64,000 bases of DNA, taken from the IMG/VR virus record IMGVR_UViG_3300032092_000001. One strand, 5' to 3'. Positions 1 to 9,210 of this stretch are shown piece by piece. This stretch comes from a virus. Taxonomy: Duplodnaviria; Caudoviricetes. The first letter of the stretch is position 1. Every line of letters begins with the position of its first letter. The position numbers and the translations under genes were made by a program. Under the pieces are notes generated by a model that saw only the letters and a list, made by a program, of their open reading frames with translations, ran no database searches and was not told the origin of the DNA.

Positions 1-396
1 GGTAATTTTTACCCAACAGGAAAATCAATGGCAAAATTCAGTATTATCTATGAATCAGTGAATGTTGGGGTCTCTTCAATACAAAGTAATTTCCACAATA
101 TACCTGTTAATCTTTTTAGTAAATCAATTAATCAGTTATTATTAAATGATGTAATTGAAATCCCTGATTTTAAGGATGATTCAATTTCAACATTCGGTTT
201 AAAATATGTTGCCGAGGAAAACGGATGTAAATCAGGTTATCTATTCGCAATTAAATCAATTGATGAGAGATTTATTGGTACTTTAGGTTTGGATTTTACA
301 AAACGTAAAACAAAATTAGACATGGAGTCAGTAAATCACCTACAAGTTCATGCGACTTCATTGGGTGGGGTGTTGATGAATCACTTATCTAAGTAA
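1..396 (+). CDS. GAF-like domain protein, 5' truncated at the window edge
   Basis: Frame is open from base 1 (GNFYPTGKS-MAK); GAF-like C-terminus SGYLFAIKSIDERFIGTLGLDF. Confidence 0.5.
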   Translation, partial: GNFYPTGKSMAKFSIIYESVNVGVSSIQSNFHNIPVNLFSKSINQLLLNDVIEIPDFKDDSISTFGLKYVAEENGCKSGYLFAIKSIDERFIGTLGLDFTKRKTKLDMESVNHLQVHATSLGGVLMNHLSK

Positions 397-582
397 TTAA
401 TTCATTAGTCCTGACATTTCGTTAACAATCACACCTTGTTTCATTTGTAATTGTCTAATACGACTATTTTGAGATTCATTCATCTCCAAACTTTCACCTT
501 TAATTGACGCTATTTGGTTAGATAATTTATCAAATTCTGATAAAAGATATTGGTATCTTTGAGCTTTTTGTTCGTAATTCAT
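397..582 (-). CDS. small coiled-coil hypothetical protein
   Basis: ORF abutting the GAF gene; ATAAATA (TATTTAT motif) at 609-615 upstream. Confidence 0.6.
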   Translation of the reverse strand: MNYEQKAQRYQYLLSEFDKLSNQIASIKGESLEMNESQNSRIRQLQMKQGVIVNEMSGLMN

Positions 583-617
583 TCTAAATTATAATCATTT
601 GTTTATATAAATAAACA

Positions 618-923
618 TTACTTTTCACATTCCGATGCGTGACTATATACCTCAAATGGAAATGGTATCATAGATTTTAAATATTCTTTAACATTATCTC
701 TAATATACCCTGAACGTAATGATGACCAATTATCATTCAATACCCATTCCTTGTTTAATAGGGTATACACATCAAAAATTGAATCTTCCTCGTCAATTCT
801 ATCTTCATTTAGAAACGCTCTAAAACCACAAATTCTATCATCAGATGAAAAATAACTATTAAGTTGTTCTTCCACCTTTCTGATGATTTTTTTACTTTGT
901 TCTTGTGTGATTTTATATTTCAT
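618..923 (-). CDS. hypothetical protein with MKYKITQEQ leader
   Basis: Paralog-like to 928..1230 (shared ICxF motif). Confidence 0.7.
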   Translation of the reverse strand: MKYKITQEQSKKIIRKVEEQLNSYFSSDDRICGFRAFLNEDRIDEEDSIFDVYTLLNKEWVLNDNWSSLRSGYIRDNVKEYLKSMIPFPFEVYSHASECEK

Positions 924-927
924 TAAA

Positions 928-1230
928 TTAACATTTGTCAGAATAAGGTAATATTGTCAAATAAATATCATACTTATCTTGTATAAAATTTATAGAATCT
1001 TTAATTAAAGATTTTAATTCTTCTTTACCCTCAAAACCTTTTTTACTCATTTTACTATTAACCCATTTCTTATCAATTCTAAGTTTAACAGTTGGGTTAA
1101 TGTCAAAATCTTCATCAGGAATTACCTCAAATTTACAAATCTCATATCTGTTATGAAATTCTTTATTTAAATCTGAGACAATACCGATAAGTATTTTATT
1201 TTTTTGAGATTCGGTGATTACAAGTTTCAT
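928..1230 (-). CDS. hypothetical protein with MKLVITESQ leader
   Basis: ITESQ leader; overlaps the stop of 1227..1343. Confidence 0.7.
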   Translation of the reverse strand: MKLVITESQKNKILIGIVSDLNKEFHNRYEICKFEVIPDEDFDINPTVKLRIDKKWVNSKMSKKGFEGKEELKSLIKDSINFIQDKYDIYLTILPYSDKC

Positions 1231-1343
1231 TTTAATTCCTTAATTTCTCTTAGTACTTTAACGTTATTTGAAATCCTTTTAAGATTTTTTGCGAAGTTAC
1301 GTCTATTACGTTTTGGTTTACCTGCTTTTTTTGCCTTTGCCAT
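1227..1343 (-). CDS. 38-aa basic microprotein (MAKAKKAGKPKRNRRNFAKNLKRI...)
   Basis: Hand-translated, absent from the ORF track; TATTTATA upstream, ATGA coupling downstream. Confidence 0.6.
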   Translation of the reverse strand: MAKAKKAGKPKRNRRNFAKNLKRISNNVKVLREIKELK

Positions 1344-1374
1344 GTGAATATTTTATTATAAATATCCATTAAAT

Positions 1375-1399
1375 AAAAAACCCCAATTAAGGGGTTTTT
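1375..1399 (-). terminator. intrinsic terminator
   Basis: A6-CCCC-AATTAA-GGGG-T5 hairpin. Confidence 0.75.
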
Positions 1400-1401
1400 A
1401 G

Positions 1402-1602
1402 TTAGTTAATACCTTCGTTGAATTTAGTTTCAATCTCTTCACGTTCTTCATCCGTTAAATCCTCGTCGGTTTCAATTTCTTCAATCCAAGTGTTATAACC
1501 ATCACTACGAGCAACGATTGAAAATTCTCTACCGTCTTCTGTTGTTCCATCATATTTTTTTAGACAGAACATCAACATTTCATTTTCAAAATCAATATTC
1601 AT
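1402..1602 (-). CDS. acidic hypothetical protein
   Basis: ORF in a tight minus-strand run. Confidence 0.65.
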   Translation of the reverse strand: MNIDFENEMLMFCLKKYDGTTEDGREFSIVARSDGYNTWIEEIETDEDLTDEEREEIETKFNEGIN

Positions 1603-1604
1603 AA

Positions 1605-1883
1605 TTAGTCAAATCTACATTCTTGTTCTTCACCTGTAATTTTTTCTCTAACTACATCAGACTCACTACATTCTTCTCTTAAACTTTCAAGATACTCGTC
1701 ATCGGTTGGCTTCATTTCATTCCAATTTTCTGAGATGTAATCTTGTATTTCTTCTTCGGTCATTCCATTAAGTTCGGGATAGTCCTCAACATTAATTTCA
1801 ACCGATTCTCTTACAACCATTGTGTTGTAATACTCTACCATTCTGACTGAAATGGTCTTTGGCGTTTCGTTTGTATTTTCCAT
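1605..1883 (-). CDS. acidic hypothetical protein
   Basis: ORF in a tight minus-strand run. Confidence 0.65.
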   Translation of the reverse strand: MENTNETPKTISVRMVEYYNTMVVRESVEINVEDYPELNGMTEEEIQDYISENWNEMKPTDDEYLESLREECSESDVVREKITGEEQECRFD

Positions 1884-1924
1884 AATAATATTTTTAATAA
1901 AAATACATTAGGGAAATTATATTG

Positions 1925-2404
1925 TCAAACGTCTTTTATTTTTTTGGGTGAATAATAATTCCAATCATATGATTCACTATCATGATTAATAGTATCAATT
2001 ACTTCTCCGTCATAAACTGAAGTAAATCCTTCATTTTCCTCAAATCTAAACTTTTCAGTTACGATACTCATATCGTATGAATAGACAATATTTTTATATA
2101 CTTCTGTTTGGATAACTCTCATCTCAATTCCAACGTTTTGAGAGTATTTCGCAAGAGTTGGTCTATTTAGAGGAGTTTTAAAATCGTCTCTAATATTTAA
2201 TTTAATCAACGAATACATGTAATCCACGTCAATTGTTTCAACATTAATCCCAAGAGCACTGATATTTGACACATAATTTTCGTAATATTCTGATGACTCA
2301 TCAAACGGATTTTCCCATTCATCACCATCAAAATCTTTTAATATGTTGTCAATGATTTTAATTAATATCTTATCATTAAATCTTTCTAACTTACTTTTTT
2401 CCAT
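1925..2404 (-). CDS. hypothetical protein
   Basis: 159-aa ORF. Confidence 0.7.
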   Translation of the reverse strand: MEKSKLERFNDKILIKIIDNILKDFDGDEWENPFDESSEYYENYVSNISALGINVETIDVDYMYSLIKLNIRDDFKTPLNRPTLAKYSQNVGIEMRVIQTEVYKNIVYSYDMSIVTEKFRFEENEGFTSVYDGEVIDTINHDSESYDWNYYSPKKIKDV

Positions 2405-2405
2405 A

Positions 2406-2912
2406 TTATATTTCGTATTTGTCAGGAATTATTCTTTCAACTTCTTCTCCTGTTGTATTAATCAATCGGTTCATATCTGACCAATTAATACCATTGATTG
2501 AAACAACGTGTGTCATCGTATCAGAATTAAATTTCCTATCATTAAAGTACGCCCAATCACCGGCATCATCAGGTTCTAAATAATGTAGATAATTGAATAG
2601 TATTGAAATATGAGACTCATCTTTAACTTCAGGTATTATGACATCAACATAAATGTCATACGTCCCTCCAAAGTAGTCGTCATCTTTTTCAATTTCAGTT
2701 ATTTGTATTGGGAGTTTGTATCTTTTTTCCGACTCGTCAATATAGAACTCAAGTTCTCCTCCTAACTTAGTATCGAGTAAATCTTTTAAATAAGGGTACT
2801 TTGAAACTCTTTTTAAAAACTCCCCAAGTCCCCCAAAATACTCCGCAATCTCTAATGGAGACATTCCCTTATCTAATTGAGAAATTATCTTCTGCGAAAA
2901 GTTATCTGACAT
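2406..2912 (-). CDS. hypothetical protein
   Basis: 168-aa ORF, divergent from 2925..3284. Confidence 0.7.
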   Translation of the reverse strand: MSDNFSQKIISQLDKGMSPLEIAEYFGGLGEFLKRVSKYPYLKDLLDTKLGGELEFYIDESEKRYKLPIQITEIEKDDDYFGGTYDIYVDVIIPEVKDESHISILFNYLHYLEPDDAGDWAYFNDRKFNSDTMTHVVSINGINWSDMNRLINTTGEEVERIIPDKYEI

Positions 2913-2924
2913 ATTTATAAATAT
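2911..2924. promoter_or_regulatory. palindromic bidirectional TATTTATA element
   Basis: Perfect palindrome ATATTTATAAATAT filling the gap between two divergent ATGs. Confidence 0.6.
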
Positions 2925-3284
2925 ATGGATAAAGATATATTAATCACTATTGAATTAATTAAAAAGTTTGTAAAATCTAACGGAGTATTTGAAGATTACT
3001 ACTATACCCCATATTCTGAAAACGAATTACCAATTGATGTTAGAATCCCATATAAAGTAACTAAGATTTCTTTACATAAAGAAAAAGAAGGTAAATTCAA
3101 ATACGAAGGTGTTGTCTATGTTAAACCATTGGAAGTTATTCAGGGTGTTGGAGGTCAATTTGAGACAGGATATTCTTTAGATGATATCCCTGAATACTTG
3201 TTAGACGATTTCACTGAAAATATTGTGAAAGATATTGATAACTTTCTAAGTCACGTATATTTAGAAGTTGATTTTACTTATTAA
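2925..3284 (+). CDS. hypothetical protein
   Basis: 119-aa ORF. Confidence 0.7.
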   Translation: MDKDILITIELIKKFVKSNGVFEDYYYTPYSENELPIDVRIPYKVTKISLHKEKEGKFKYEGVVYVKPLEVIQGVGGQFETGYSLDDIPEYLLDDFTENIVKDIDNFLSHVYLEVDFTY

Positions 3285-3598
3285 ATCTGAACAAATTTAA
3301 TAACCCTTATGTATGAATTAGGAAGCCAATCTTCGTCAACTCTTGCCGATATCTCCTCAATTAATTCACTATAGTATATTCCATCATCATTGACATAACA
3401 TATCACATCAATTTTAAATGGATTACCTTTTTTCTCAACGTTAATCACCTCCATTCTATCTAACCCCTCAACTTGAACAAGTTCAGACATCTCACCCATA
3501 CCCCAATCTTCTGATTCGGTTTTAATTGTGCGCAGAGTATTATCTACCGCAGTTTGGGCAAGTGTAATTAATTTAGATTGCGCAACTTTAAACTTCAT
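3281..3598 (-). CDS. hypothetical protein (start revised to MKFKVAQ)
   Basis: ATG at 3598 overlaps the end of 3588..3746. Confidence 0.6.
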   Translation of the reverse strand: MKFKVAQSKLITLAQTAVDNTLRTIKTESEDWGMGEMSELVQVEGLDRMEVINVEKKGNPFKIDVICYVNDDGIYYSELIEEISARVDEDWLPNSYIRVIKFVQI

Positions 3599-3746
3599 CG
3601 CTTTCACCAAGAAATGGTTTTGTATCACCCAACTTGGTATTAACCAATTTATTAAAGTTTTCAATTACGATTTTTTTTCCTCCTGTGTGTTGTTCACGGA
3701 TTCTGTTTTTTTCTTCTTCAGAAAGGTCGTTTAAAAGATGTTTCAT
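3588..3746 (-). CDS. 52-aa microprotein MKHLLNDLSEEEKNRIREQHTGG...
   Basis: Hand-translated; N-terminus resembles ISESEKQRILSQH of 49896..50555. Confidence 0.6.
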   Translation of the reverse strand: MKHLLNDLSEEEKNRIREQHTGGKKIVIENFNKLVNTKLGDTKPFLGESDEV

Positions 3747-3768
3747 TTTAGTATTTTATTTATGTTAT

Positions 3769-4524
3769 TTATCGTCCAAGTAATCTATTGATTATATTAT
3801 TTGTTTTTTTAGTTTCTGCAAATTTTATCCTTGGGATTTTTATATTATTCTCCTTTTCGTATTTGGCGATTAAATCCATAAGAATATTTTTTGGCGCGTA
3901 ATTGGTAAGTTTGTTCAGTAAGTGTTGATAATTATATGGTGTTTTATTTTCACGAGCGTCTGTTCTATAATCAGAGATAAATTTAAAAATTACTTTTTCC
4001 AGTTTAGGATTGTGTTCCTTATAATCAACTTCAATATTTTTATTTTGGACTAAATCAGGAACTTTTAAGGCCGCAATTCCCGTAATTGCCCCAACAATCA
4101 ATGGGATAATACTGGTATCATCGGGTTGATGACGTATATATGACGTGGTCATGTCAAGTAACCCGTATACACCTGAAGTTACCGAAATATTGATTAAATT
4201 TGATAAACTAAGTTTATCAAGTATGTTTTGAAGTCGTTCTCTTTCTTCTTCATTTGCAACTTTAAAATTACCTTTAGAATAAGATATGGTTTCATTAACC
4301 TCTTCACTAAACTGAGATTCAATTTCATCTTCAACAGTTTCTTCAAATCCCTCTTTACCTAACTTATTGTATAACTTACCAAGAAACAATAAGTCGTCAT
4401 TAGACAATGTTTGAATAATCTCCTGTTTAATTTCACTTGCAACTTTTTGTTCTTCGTTCTCACGAATAACACGTTTAACAATGTTTGTCAAATCCGACTC
4501 GGTTAATCTAATAACTTTACTCAT
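3769..4524 (-). CDS. LTESDL-leader protein with a hydrophobic helical hairpin
   Basis: Leader MSKVIRLTESDLTNIVKRVIRE; paralog of 5317..6033. Confidence 0.75.
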   Translation of the reverse strand: MSKVIRLTESDLTNIVKRVIRENEEQKVASEIKQEIIQTLSNDDLLFLGKLYNKLGKEGFEETVEDEIESQFSEEVNETISYSKGNFKVANEEERERLQNILDKLSLSNLINISVTSGVYGLLDMTTSYIRHQPDDTSIIPLIVGAITGIAALKVPDLVQNKNIEVDYKEHNPKLEKVIFKFISDYRTDARENKTPYNYQHLLNKLTNYAPKNILMDLIAKYEKENNIKIPRIKFAETKKTNNIINRLLGR

Positions 4525-4526
4525 AA

Positions 4527-5069
4527 TTATTTTTTACCTAAATCTCTCATCATTTTTGAGATGTTATATGGGTTGTCAAGAGATGATACTCTACCTCTAT
4601 TACTTTCATCACTATAACGAATTTTTGGAGCCCTCTCCGCAACCAAATTGGCAATTTTCTTGATAAATCCTTTAGAAAAAATCTTAATTGGATTTTTACC
4701 ATTTTTACCAGTGTGATTAATAATTATGAGTGGTCTTAACCCTGTATGCTTAAGAACAGATGCCGGATAATATATATCAATATCTAAAAACTCACCAAAA
4801 GGGCTAACTCTAATAACAAAATGTTTGTTGTCATCTGTATCAGGATTATTTGATATTGTTCTAAGTATTTCATAATCACCGCTCTTAACTTTCTCAAGTA
4901 TCCCATTGGCAAGGTATTCCATTGTTGATGATTCATTCTCAACACCAAACAATGAATGGAAAGAACCACTTAATTTATCTCCAAATGTGAACGCGCTATC
5001 TTCTTGGATTACTCGTTTAACGATATTAACTAAATCTGACTCGGTTAATCTGATTATTTTTTCACTCAT
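4527..5069 (-). CDS. LTESDL-leader protein
   Basis: Leader MSEKIIRLTESDLVNIVKRVIQE; TATTTATA at 5083-5090. Confidence 0.75.
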   Translation of the reverse strand: MSEKIIRLTESDLVNIVKRVIQEDSAFTFGDKLSGSFHSLFGVENESSTMEYLANGILEKVKSGDYEILRTISNNPDTDDNKHFVIRVSPFGEFLDIDIYYPASVLKHTGLRPLIIINHTGKNGKNPIKIFSKGFIKKIANLVAERAPKIRYSDESNRGRVSSLDNPYNISKMMRDLGKK

Positions 5070-5102
5070 AATAATGTTTTAATATAAATATATCAAAAAA
5101 CA

Positions 5103-5291
5103 CTATTTTTTGTATTCAATCCACTCAAGATAGAATCCAATACCGACAATTAAATTCATACCGATAGAAGATAATATTTCAACAACATCATCATAGACAT
5201 TAATACTAAGATGTATGTGTCCAACAACCCAAAATGGAATTGATAGATTGGACGAGACCCACAATAAAAAAAATTTGATAAATTTAACCAT
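5103..5291 (-). CDS. small two-helix membrane protein
   Basis: Hydrophobic 62-aa ORF. Confidence 0.55.
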   Translation of the reverse strand: MVKFIKFFLLWVSSNLSIPFWVVGHIHLSINVYDDVVEILSSIGMNLIVGIGFYLEWIEYKK

Positions 5292-5316
5292 TAGACCTTC
5301 TCATCGGAATAACATT

Positions 5317-6033
5317 TTATTTAGCTCTTACAAGTCTTTCTTTAGGAGGTCTTCTAAAATTGATATTATTTGTTTTTTCCCAATTCTCAACAAATTGTCT
5401 TACAACTTTTTCAGGGATTCCAATTTCCACCAAATGTTCAATAACATCACTTAATAGTGTGTTTGTTGGTTCAGGGAATTTCTTCAGTTCCTTATCCACC
5501 AATTTCGCCATTCTTGAGTCCTTTAATTTTTCTGGTAGTGGTTTAGATGCAATATTATGTGGGATTCTTGTTAACAAATTTGCCCCAACCATTGCGGCTG
5601 TTACTATTCCCATAACAATACCGGCATCAATGTTTTCTTGGGTTTGTTGTTGCGAATGTAAAAAACTATAGCTAGCTCCTCCAGTTATTAATGAGAATAA
5701 GGTAGACACAAGTCTCGTCATTATTTTTATAGACTCAATTTTATCTTCTTCAGATTCGGTATCAACTGTTATACCTCTTTTTGATAACCCTATTGATTCA
5801 TTAACATTTTCATCATCAATAACATTATCCACAATATCTTCAGTGAAGTTCTTAAACTCATCTTCACCAATAGAGTTGTATAATTTACCGAGTGTTAATA
5901 AATCTTCTTTTGAAATATTATTAAGAATTGTATTGGTAACCTCGTCAGCAATTTGTTGTTCCTCGTTCTCACGAATAACACGTCTGACAATTTTTTCTAA
6001 ATCTGATTCTGTTAATCTAATTACTTTACCCAT
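5317..6033 (-). CDS. LTESDL-leader protein with a hydrophobic helical hairpin
   Basis: Start revised to MGKVIRLTESDL; TATTTAT at 6039-6045. Confidence 0.75.
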   Translation of the reverse strand: MGKVIRLTESDLEKIVRRVIRENEEQQIADEVTNTILNNISKEDLLTLGKLYNSIGEDEFKNFTEDIVDNVIDDENVNESIGLSKRGITVDTESEEDKIESIKIMTRLVSTLFSLITGGASYSFLHSQQQTQENIDAGIVMGIVTAAMVGANLLTRIPHNIASKPLPEKLKDSRMAKLVDKELKKFPEPTNTLLSDVIEHLVEIGIPEKVVRQFVENWEKTNNINFRRPPKERLVRAK

Positions 6034-6062
6034 ATAAGATAAATACATTAGACAATTAAAAG

Positions 6063-6560
6063 TTACTCTTCCTCAAAATGTCTCTCAATGGTAACAGGTT
6101 CCACAAATGTTCCTTTAAGCTCAGACATCTCTTCTTTAAACTGTTCAATCATTTCAGTAGAATAGATTGGAGCAAATAATGGACGATGACTAAACGGAAC
6201 ATTATCTCGGTTTTCCCAATCCACCAATTCTTTTTCCCATCCAGGAATATGGGTTTCTATAAACCTATAATTTTTCCATTTCTCCAAATCTTCTTTGGTG
6301 GGGACAAATTTAACATCTCCATAGTTTTCAATATTCAAATCAGGATTGTTTGTATACACATCAACAATACCTTCGTCACCAAAATACTGGTAACATAGTT
6401 CCTGAACTGTATGGGGGTTTATATGATTTTCTTTCCAATTCCTACCATAAGAACGGACATCACAGATATAGAAATACCCATCCTCAAAAGAATTGATTCG
6501 GAAATTAACTTCATTCTTTAATTCAATAAGTTCGTCAAAAGTGTAGTTATCTAAATTCAT
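6063..6560 (-). CDS. hypothetical protein (start revised to MNLDNY)
   Basis: TATATTTG at 6565-6572, 4 nt before ATG. Confidence 0.75.
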   Translation of the reverse strand: MNLDNYTFDELIELKNEVNFRINSFEDGYFYICDVRSYGRNWKENHINPHTVQELCYQYFGDEGIVDVYTNNPDLNIENYGDVKFVPTKEDLEKWKNYRFIETHIPGWEKELVDWENRDNVPFSHRPLFAPIYSTEMIEQFKEEMSELKGTFVEPVTIERHFEEE

Positions 6561-6564
6561 AGAG

Positions 6565-6572
6565 CAAATATA
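6565..6572 (-). promoter_or_regulatory. Bacteroidota -7 promoter element TAnnTTTG (representative copy)
   Basis: Same element on the minus strand at 7647, 8540, 9217, 10206, 10388, 35437, 39263, 42717, 43614, 45920, 48775, 49837, 52885, 57132, 58070, 62377, 63453 and on the plus strand at 10282, 10578, 15362, 18114. Confidence 0.8.
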
Positions 6573-6576
6573 AAAC

Positions 6577-6609
6577 AAAAAACCCCATCAAACAAATGAA
6601 TGGGGTTTT
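6577..6609 (-). terminator. intrinsic terminator
   Basis: AACCCCAT...ATGGGGTT hairpin with A-tract. Confidence 0.7.
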
Positions 6610-6631
6610 AAATATTCTTGTAATTTTAAAT

Positions 6632-7279
6632 TTATGAATCAAGTTCGGTATATTTACGAAACTTATTTAAAAGTTCCTCATACGTCGATTCAATATCATA
6701 ACGATTTTCACAATCATTTTCTTCAGCCATATCAAGAAGTCCACCAAGTTCTGATTCTAAGTCATGGTACATATCTGAAGCACCTAAGATAGATTGTGTA
6801 TCAGGGGATGAACGTTTAAAATCTCTCATAAAATCTTTAAAAATATATTTCATTTGTGAAATAATTTCATCACAATCAGAACCCATGTCCATGTCAAATT
6901 CATCATCTTCAAATTCTTGTTCTTTTTGTATTTTTGTTTTTACTTTAAAAGGTCTTCCTGATTTCTCTCTGTAGGTATCAAATATTTTTCTACCTGTTTC
7001 ACCTTTACCGAACCATCTTGGTGTGTTTTCATCTTCATCAGGATATTTTTCTCTATAAGAGTCATAATCGTCAAATTCTTCTGTATCAAATTCTTCGGGG
7101 TCTGCAAGTCCATAAAGTTCTTCACTTTTTCTAACGTATCTGTCTTTATCATCAATCCATTCGTCACCTTTGAAATCTTTTTTTCTAGGATTTCCGAATG
7201 AACTATATTTTTGTTCTTCTATAACTTTTTTAACCAATCTTACCAAATCGGTTTCTGTTAATCTTACAACTTTTTTCAT
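6632..7279 (-). CDS. LTETDL-leader acidic protein
   Basis: Leader MKKVVRLTETDLVRLVKKVIEE; TATTTATA at 7296-7303. Confidence 0.75.
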   Translation of the reverse strand: MKKVVRLTETDLVRLVKKVIEEQKYSSFGNPRKKDFKGDEWIDDKDRYVRKSEELYGLADPEEFDTEEFDDYDSYREKYPDEDENTPRWFGKGETGRKIFDTYREKSGRPFKVKTKIQKEQEFEDDEFDMDMGSDCDEIISQMKYIFKDFMRDFKRSSPDTQSILGASDMYHDLESELGGLLDMAEENDCENRYDIESTYEELLNKFRKYTELDS

Positions 7280-7356
7280 AATTTTTTAATTTATATATAA
7301 ATATATCGTAAAATAAAAAAGGGGGTAGGGGGATTGGAACAACGGGAAAAAAATTT

Positions 7357-7638
7357 TTATAAAATATCAGAATACTTAACCTCAACTTTAATGATGTTTT
7401 CAATACCGAGAAATTTAATTGTATCGGTAACCAATTCTTTTATCTCATCCCACCTCTCCCAATATTCCATAAGGAATGTTTTAAAATCAATAATCAGGGT
7501 AATATAATAATTTATACCACTTTCCCCATATTTGTGATAACGAAACACATTCTTCTCTGACCTCACATGAATATCCCCAAACAATGGATATTTCTTTTCC
7601 ACAATATGACTAACGATTTTTTCAATGGGTTTTTGCAT
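7357..7638 (-). CDS. hypothetical protein (start revised to MQKPIEK)
   Basis: TATCTTTG at 7647-7654. Confidence 0.65.
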   Translation of the reverse strand: MQKPIEKIVSHIVEKKYPLFGDIHVRSEKNVFRYHKYGESGINYYITLIIDFKTFLMEYWERWDEIKELVTDTIKFLGIENIIKVEVKYSDIL

Positions 7639-7697
7639 ATGAAATACAAAGATACAAAAAAAAAGGGGTAGGGGATTGAGCAATAAAGAAAAAAATA

Positions 7698-8006
7698 TTA
7701 CCAAATATTACTAAACTCAAACCCATATGTTTTTTTAATGTAACGACCTATTGCATCAGTAAATTCTTTTGAGTCAATACTAAATAATTCCCACATATTA
7801 TTAAAATATCTTCCGTCAGTATAATAAGTGGAAGTATCAGATTCTGGATGACCGACCAACATCTCACCATTTTGATTAAATAAACCGAACCACGTTTCGC
7901 CGTATCCACCAATATATTTTTCACTCCACTTGGTATCTTTAAACACCTTATCAAAATAAGGTTTCATAATTTTGTCCAACTGTTCAGGTGTGATAACGTA
8001 TTTCAT
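7698..8006 (-). CDS. hypothetical protein with MKYVITPEQ leader
   Basis: Start revised; TATTTAT upstream. Confidence 0.65.
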   Translation of the reverse strand: MKYVITPEQLDKIMKPYFDKVFKDTKWSEKYIGGYGETWFGLFNQNGEMLVGHPESDTSTYYTDGRYFNNMWELFSIDSKEFTDAIGRYIKKTYGFEFSNIW

Positions 8007-8070
8007 ATAAGAATAAATATAATCAAAACAAAAAAGGGGGTAGGGGGATTGGCAACAACGGAAAAAAATT

Positions 8071-8535
8071 TTATAGATTCCCAACAAGTTCGTCCATTCC
8101 CTCAATAATGATTCCACATTCAGAATAAAACTCATAATTACATTTACCAGTATTTTTGGCTCTAATTGTAATTAATGAATGTTCTTCTTCAGACAAACAA
8201 ACGGTGGATGCATATTTTTTACATAACGAAACAAAATCAGTTAAACTCATTTCAGGATTATTACTTAACTCTTCCATGATAAATCCCATTGCAATCTTTC
8301 GTGGGACATAGTGGTCCTTAACAACTTTCACCCCATTAACCTTTGCTCCGTTTGAGGATAAACCTGTTTCCCAAAACTTGGTATTGGTTAAATCAAACAA
8401 TGGGTTTCGGTTTCTAGACAAGAACATATCATACAACTCATCATTGTCCTTAACTTCCAAATATCGTGGGATAAGACATACAAAATCTTTTAATGTCTCA
8501 TTACATTTAACCAATTGTTTATTTGTTAATTTCAT
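8071..8535 (-). CDS. hypothetical protein, possible His-Me finger nuclease-like fold
   Basis: DHYVP...LSEEEH pattern (weak); TATATTTG at 8540-8547. Confidence 0.45.
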   Translation of the reverse strand: MKLTNKQLVKCNETLKDFVCLIPRYLEVKDNDELYDMFLSRNRNPLFDLTNTKFWETGLSSNGAKVNGVKVVKDHYVPRKIAMGFIMEELSNNPEMSLTDFVSLCKKYASTVCLSEEEHSLITIRAKNTGKCNYEFYSECGIIIEGMDELVGNL

Positions 8536-8596
8536 ATTGCAAATATAATAAAAAAGGGGGTAGGGGGATTGGAAACAACGGAAAAAAATTTTAGAA

Positions 8597-8872
8597 TTAA
8601 TCTAATTTCAAAGTATGTTTAACAAATTCAACAAGAGGTTTTTCATATTTAAGGTATGAATCCCAATAATCTTGTTCAAACCCAAATTCATCTATATCAG
8701 AAAATTTTCCTTCCTTTATAAATTCTCTAACCGCATCATAAACCGAAGATTCAATATCCCCATTATATTCAATTAGCTCTGTAACATCTTCAATTAATTT
8801 ATTTAAGTCTTCAATAGAAAATCTTCTACGAATAAAGGACGCCAGTTGTGAGTGATTTATAACGTATTTCAT
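8597..8872 (-). CDS. hypothetical protein with MKYVINHSQ leader
   Basis: Start revised; FIRRRF..D.L motif resembles 12459..12737. Confidence 0.65.
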   Translation of the reverse strand: MKYVINHSQLASFIRRRFSIEDLNKLIEDVTELIEYNGDIESSVYDAVREFIKEGKFSDIDEFGFEQDYWDSYLKYEKPLVEFVKHTLKLD

Positions 8873-8949
8873 ATTACAATAAATATAAAAAATTCCCAAA
8901 AATTTTTTTCCACACATGACCCTTCATTTACAGATAGGGGGTCATGTTT

Positions 8950-9210
8950 TCAAAAACTAATATTACCATATATCCTTCTATATTCATCCAAATCCTTTTT
9001 CACATTGATAACATACTCCTTGAAGTTAATCTTCTCATCAAACCTAAACCTTTCATTCTCCTTATCTCTTTGAAGTAGATTAATAATGGAATCATCAATC
9101 TCAGATAATATCTCCCTATATATTCTTTCCCTATCAATACACTCCTTTAACTCTGATTTTAAACCAAAGATTTCACCCTCAAGTTCCTGTATTCTTTCCT
9201 TGTCTTCCAT
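8950..9210 (-). CDS. coiled-coil hypothetical protein (start revised to MEDKERI)
   Basis: TATCTTTG at 9217-9224. Confidence 0.65.
   Translation of the reverse strand: MEDKERIQELEGEIFGLKSELKECIDRERIYREILSEIDDSIINLLQRDKENERFRFDEKINFKEYVINVKKDLDEYRRIYGNISF

Larger units (their letters stand above)
7315..8592 (+). repeat. four dispersed intergenic copies of A-tract-GGGG(G)TAGGGG(G)ATTG-x-AAC-A-tract
   Basis: Copies at 7315-7358, 7656-7696, 8030-8072, 8550-8592, all in the same orientation. Confidence 0.85.
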
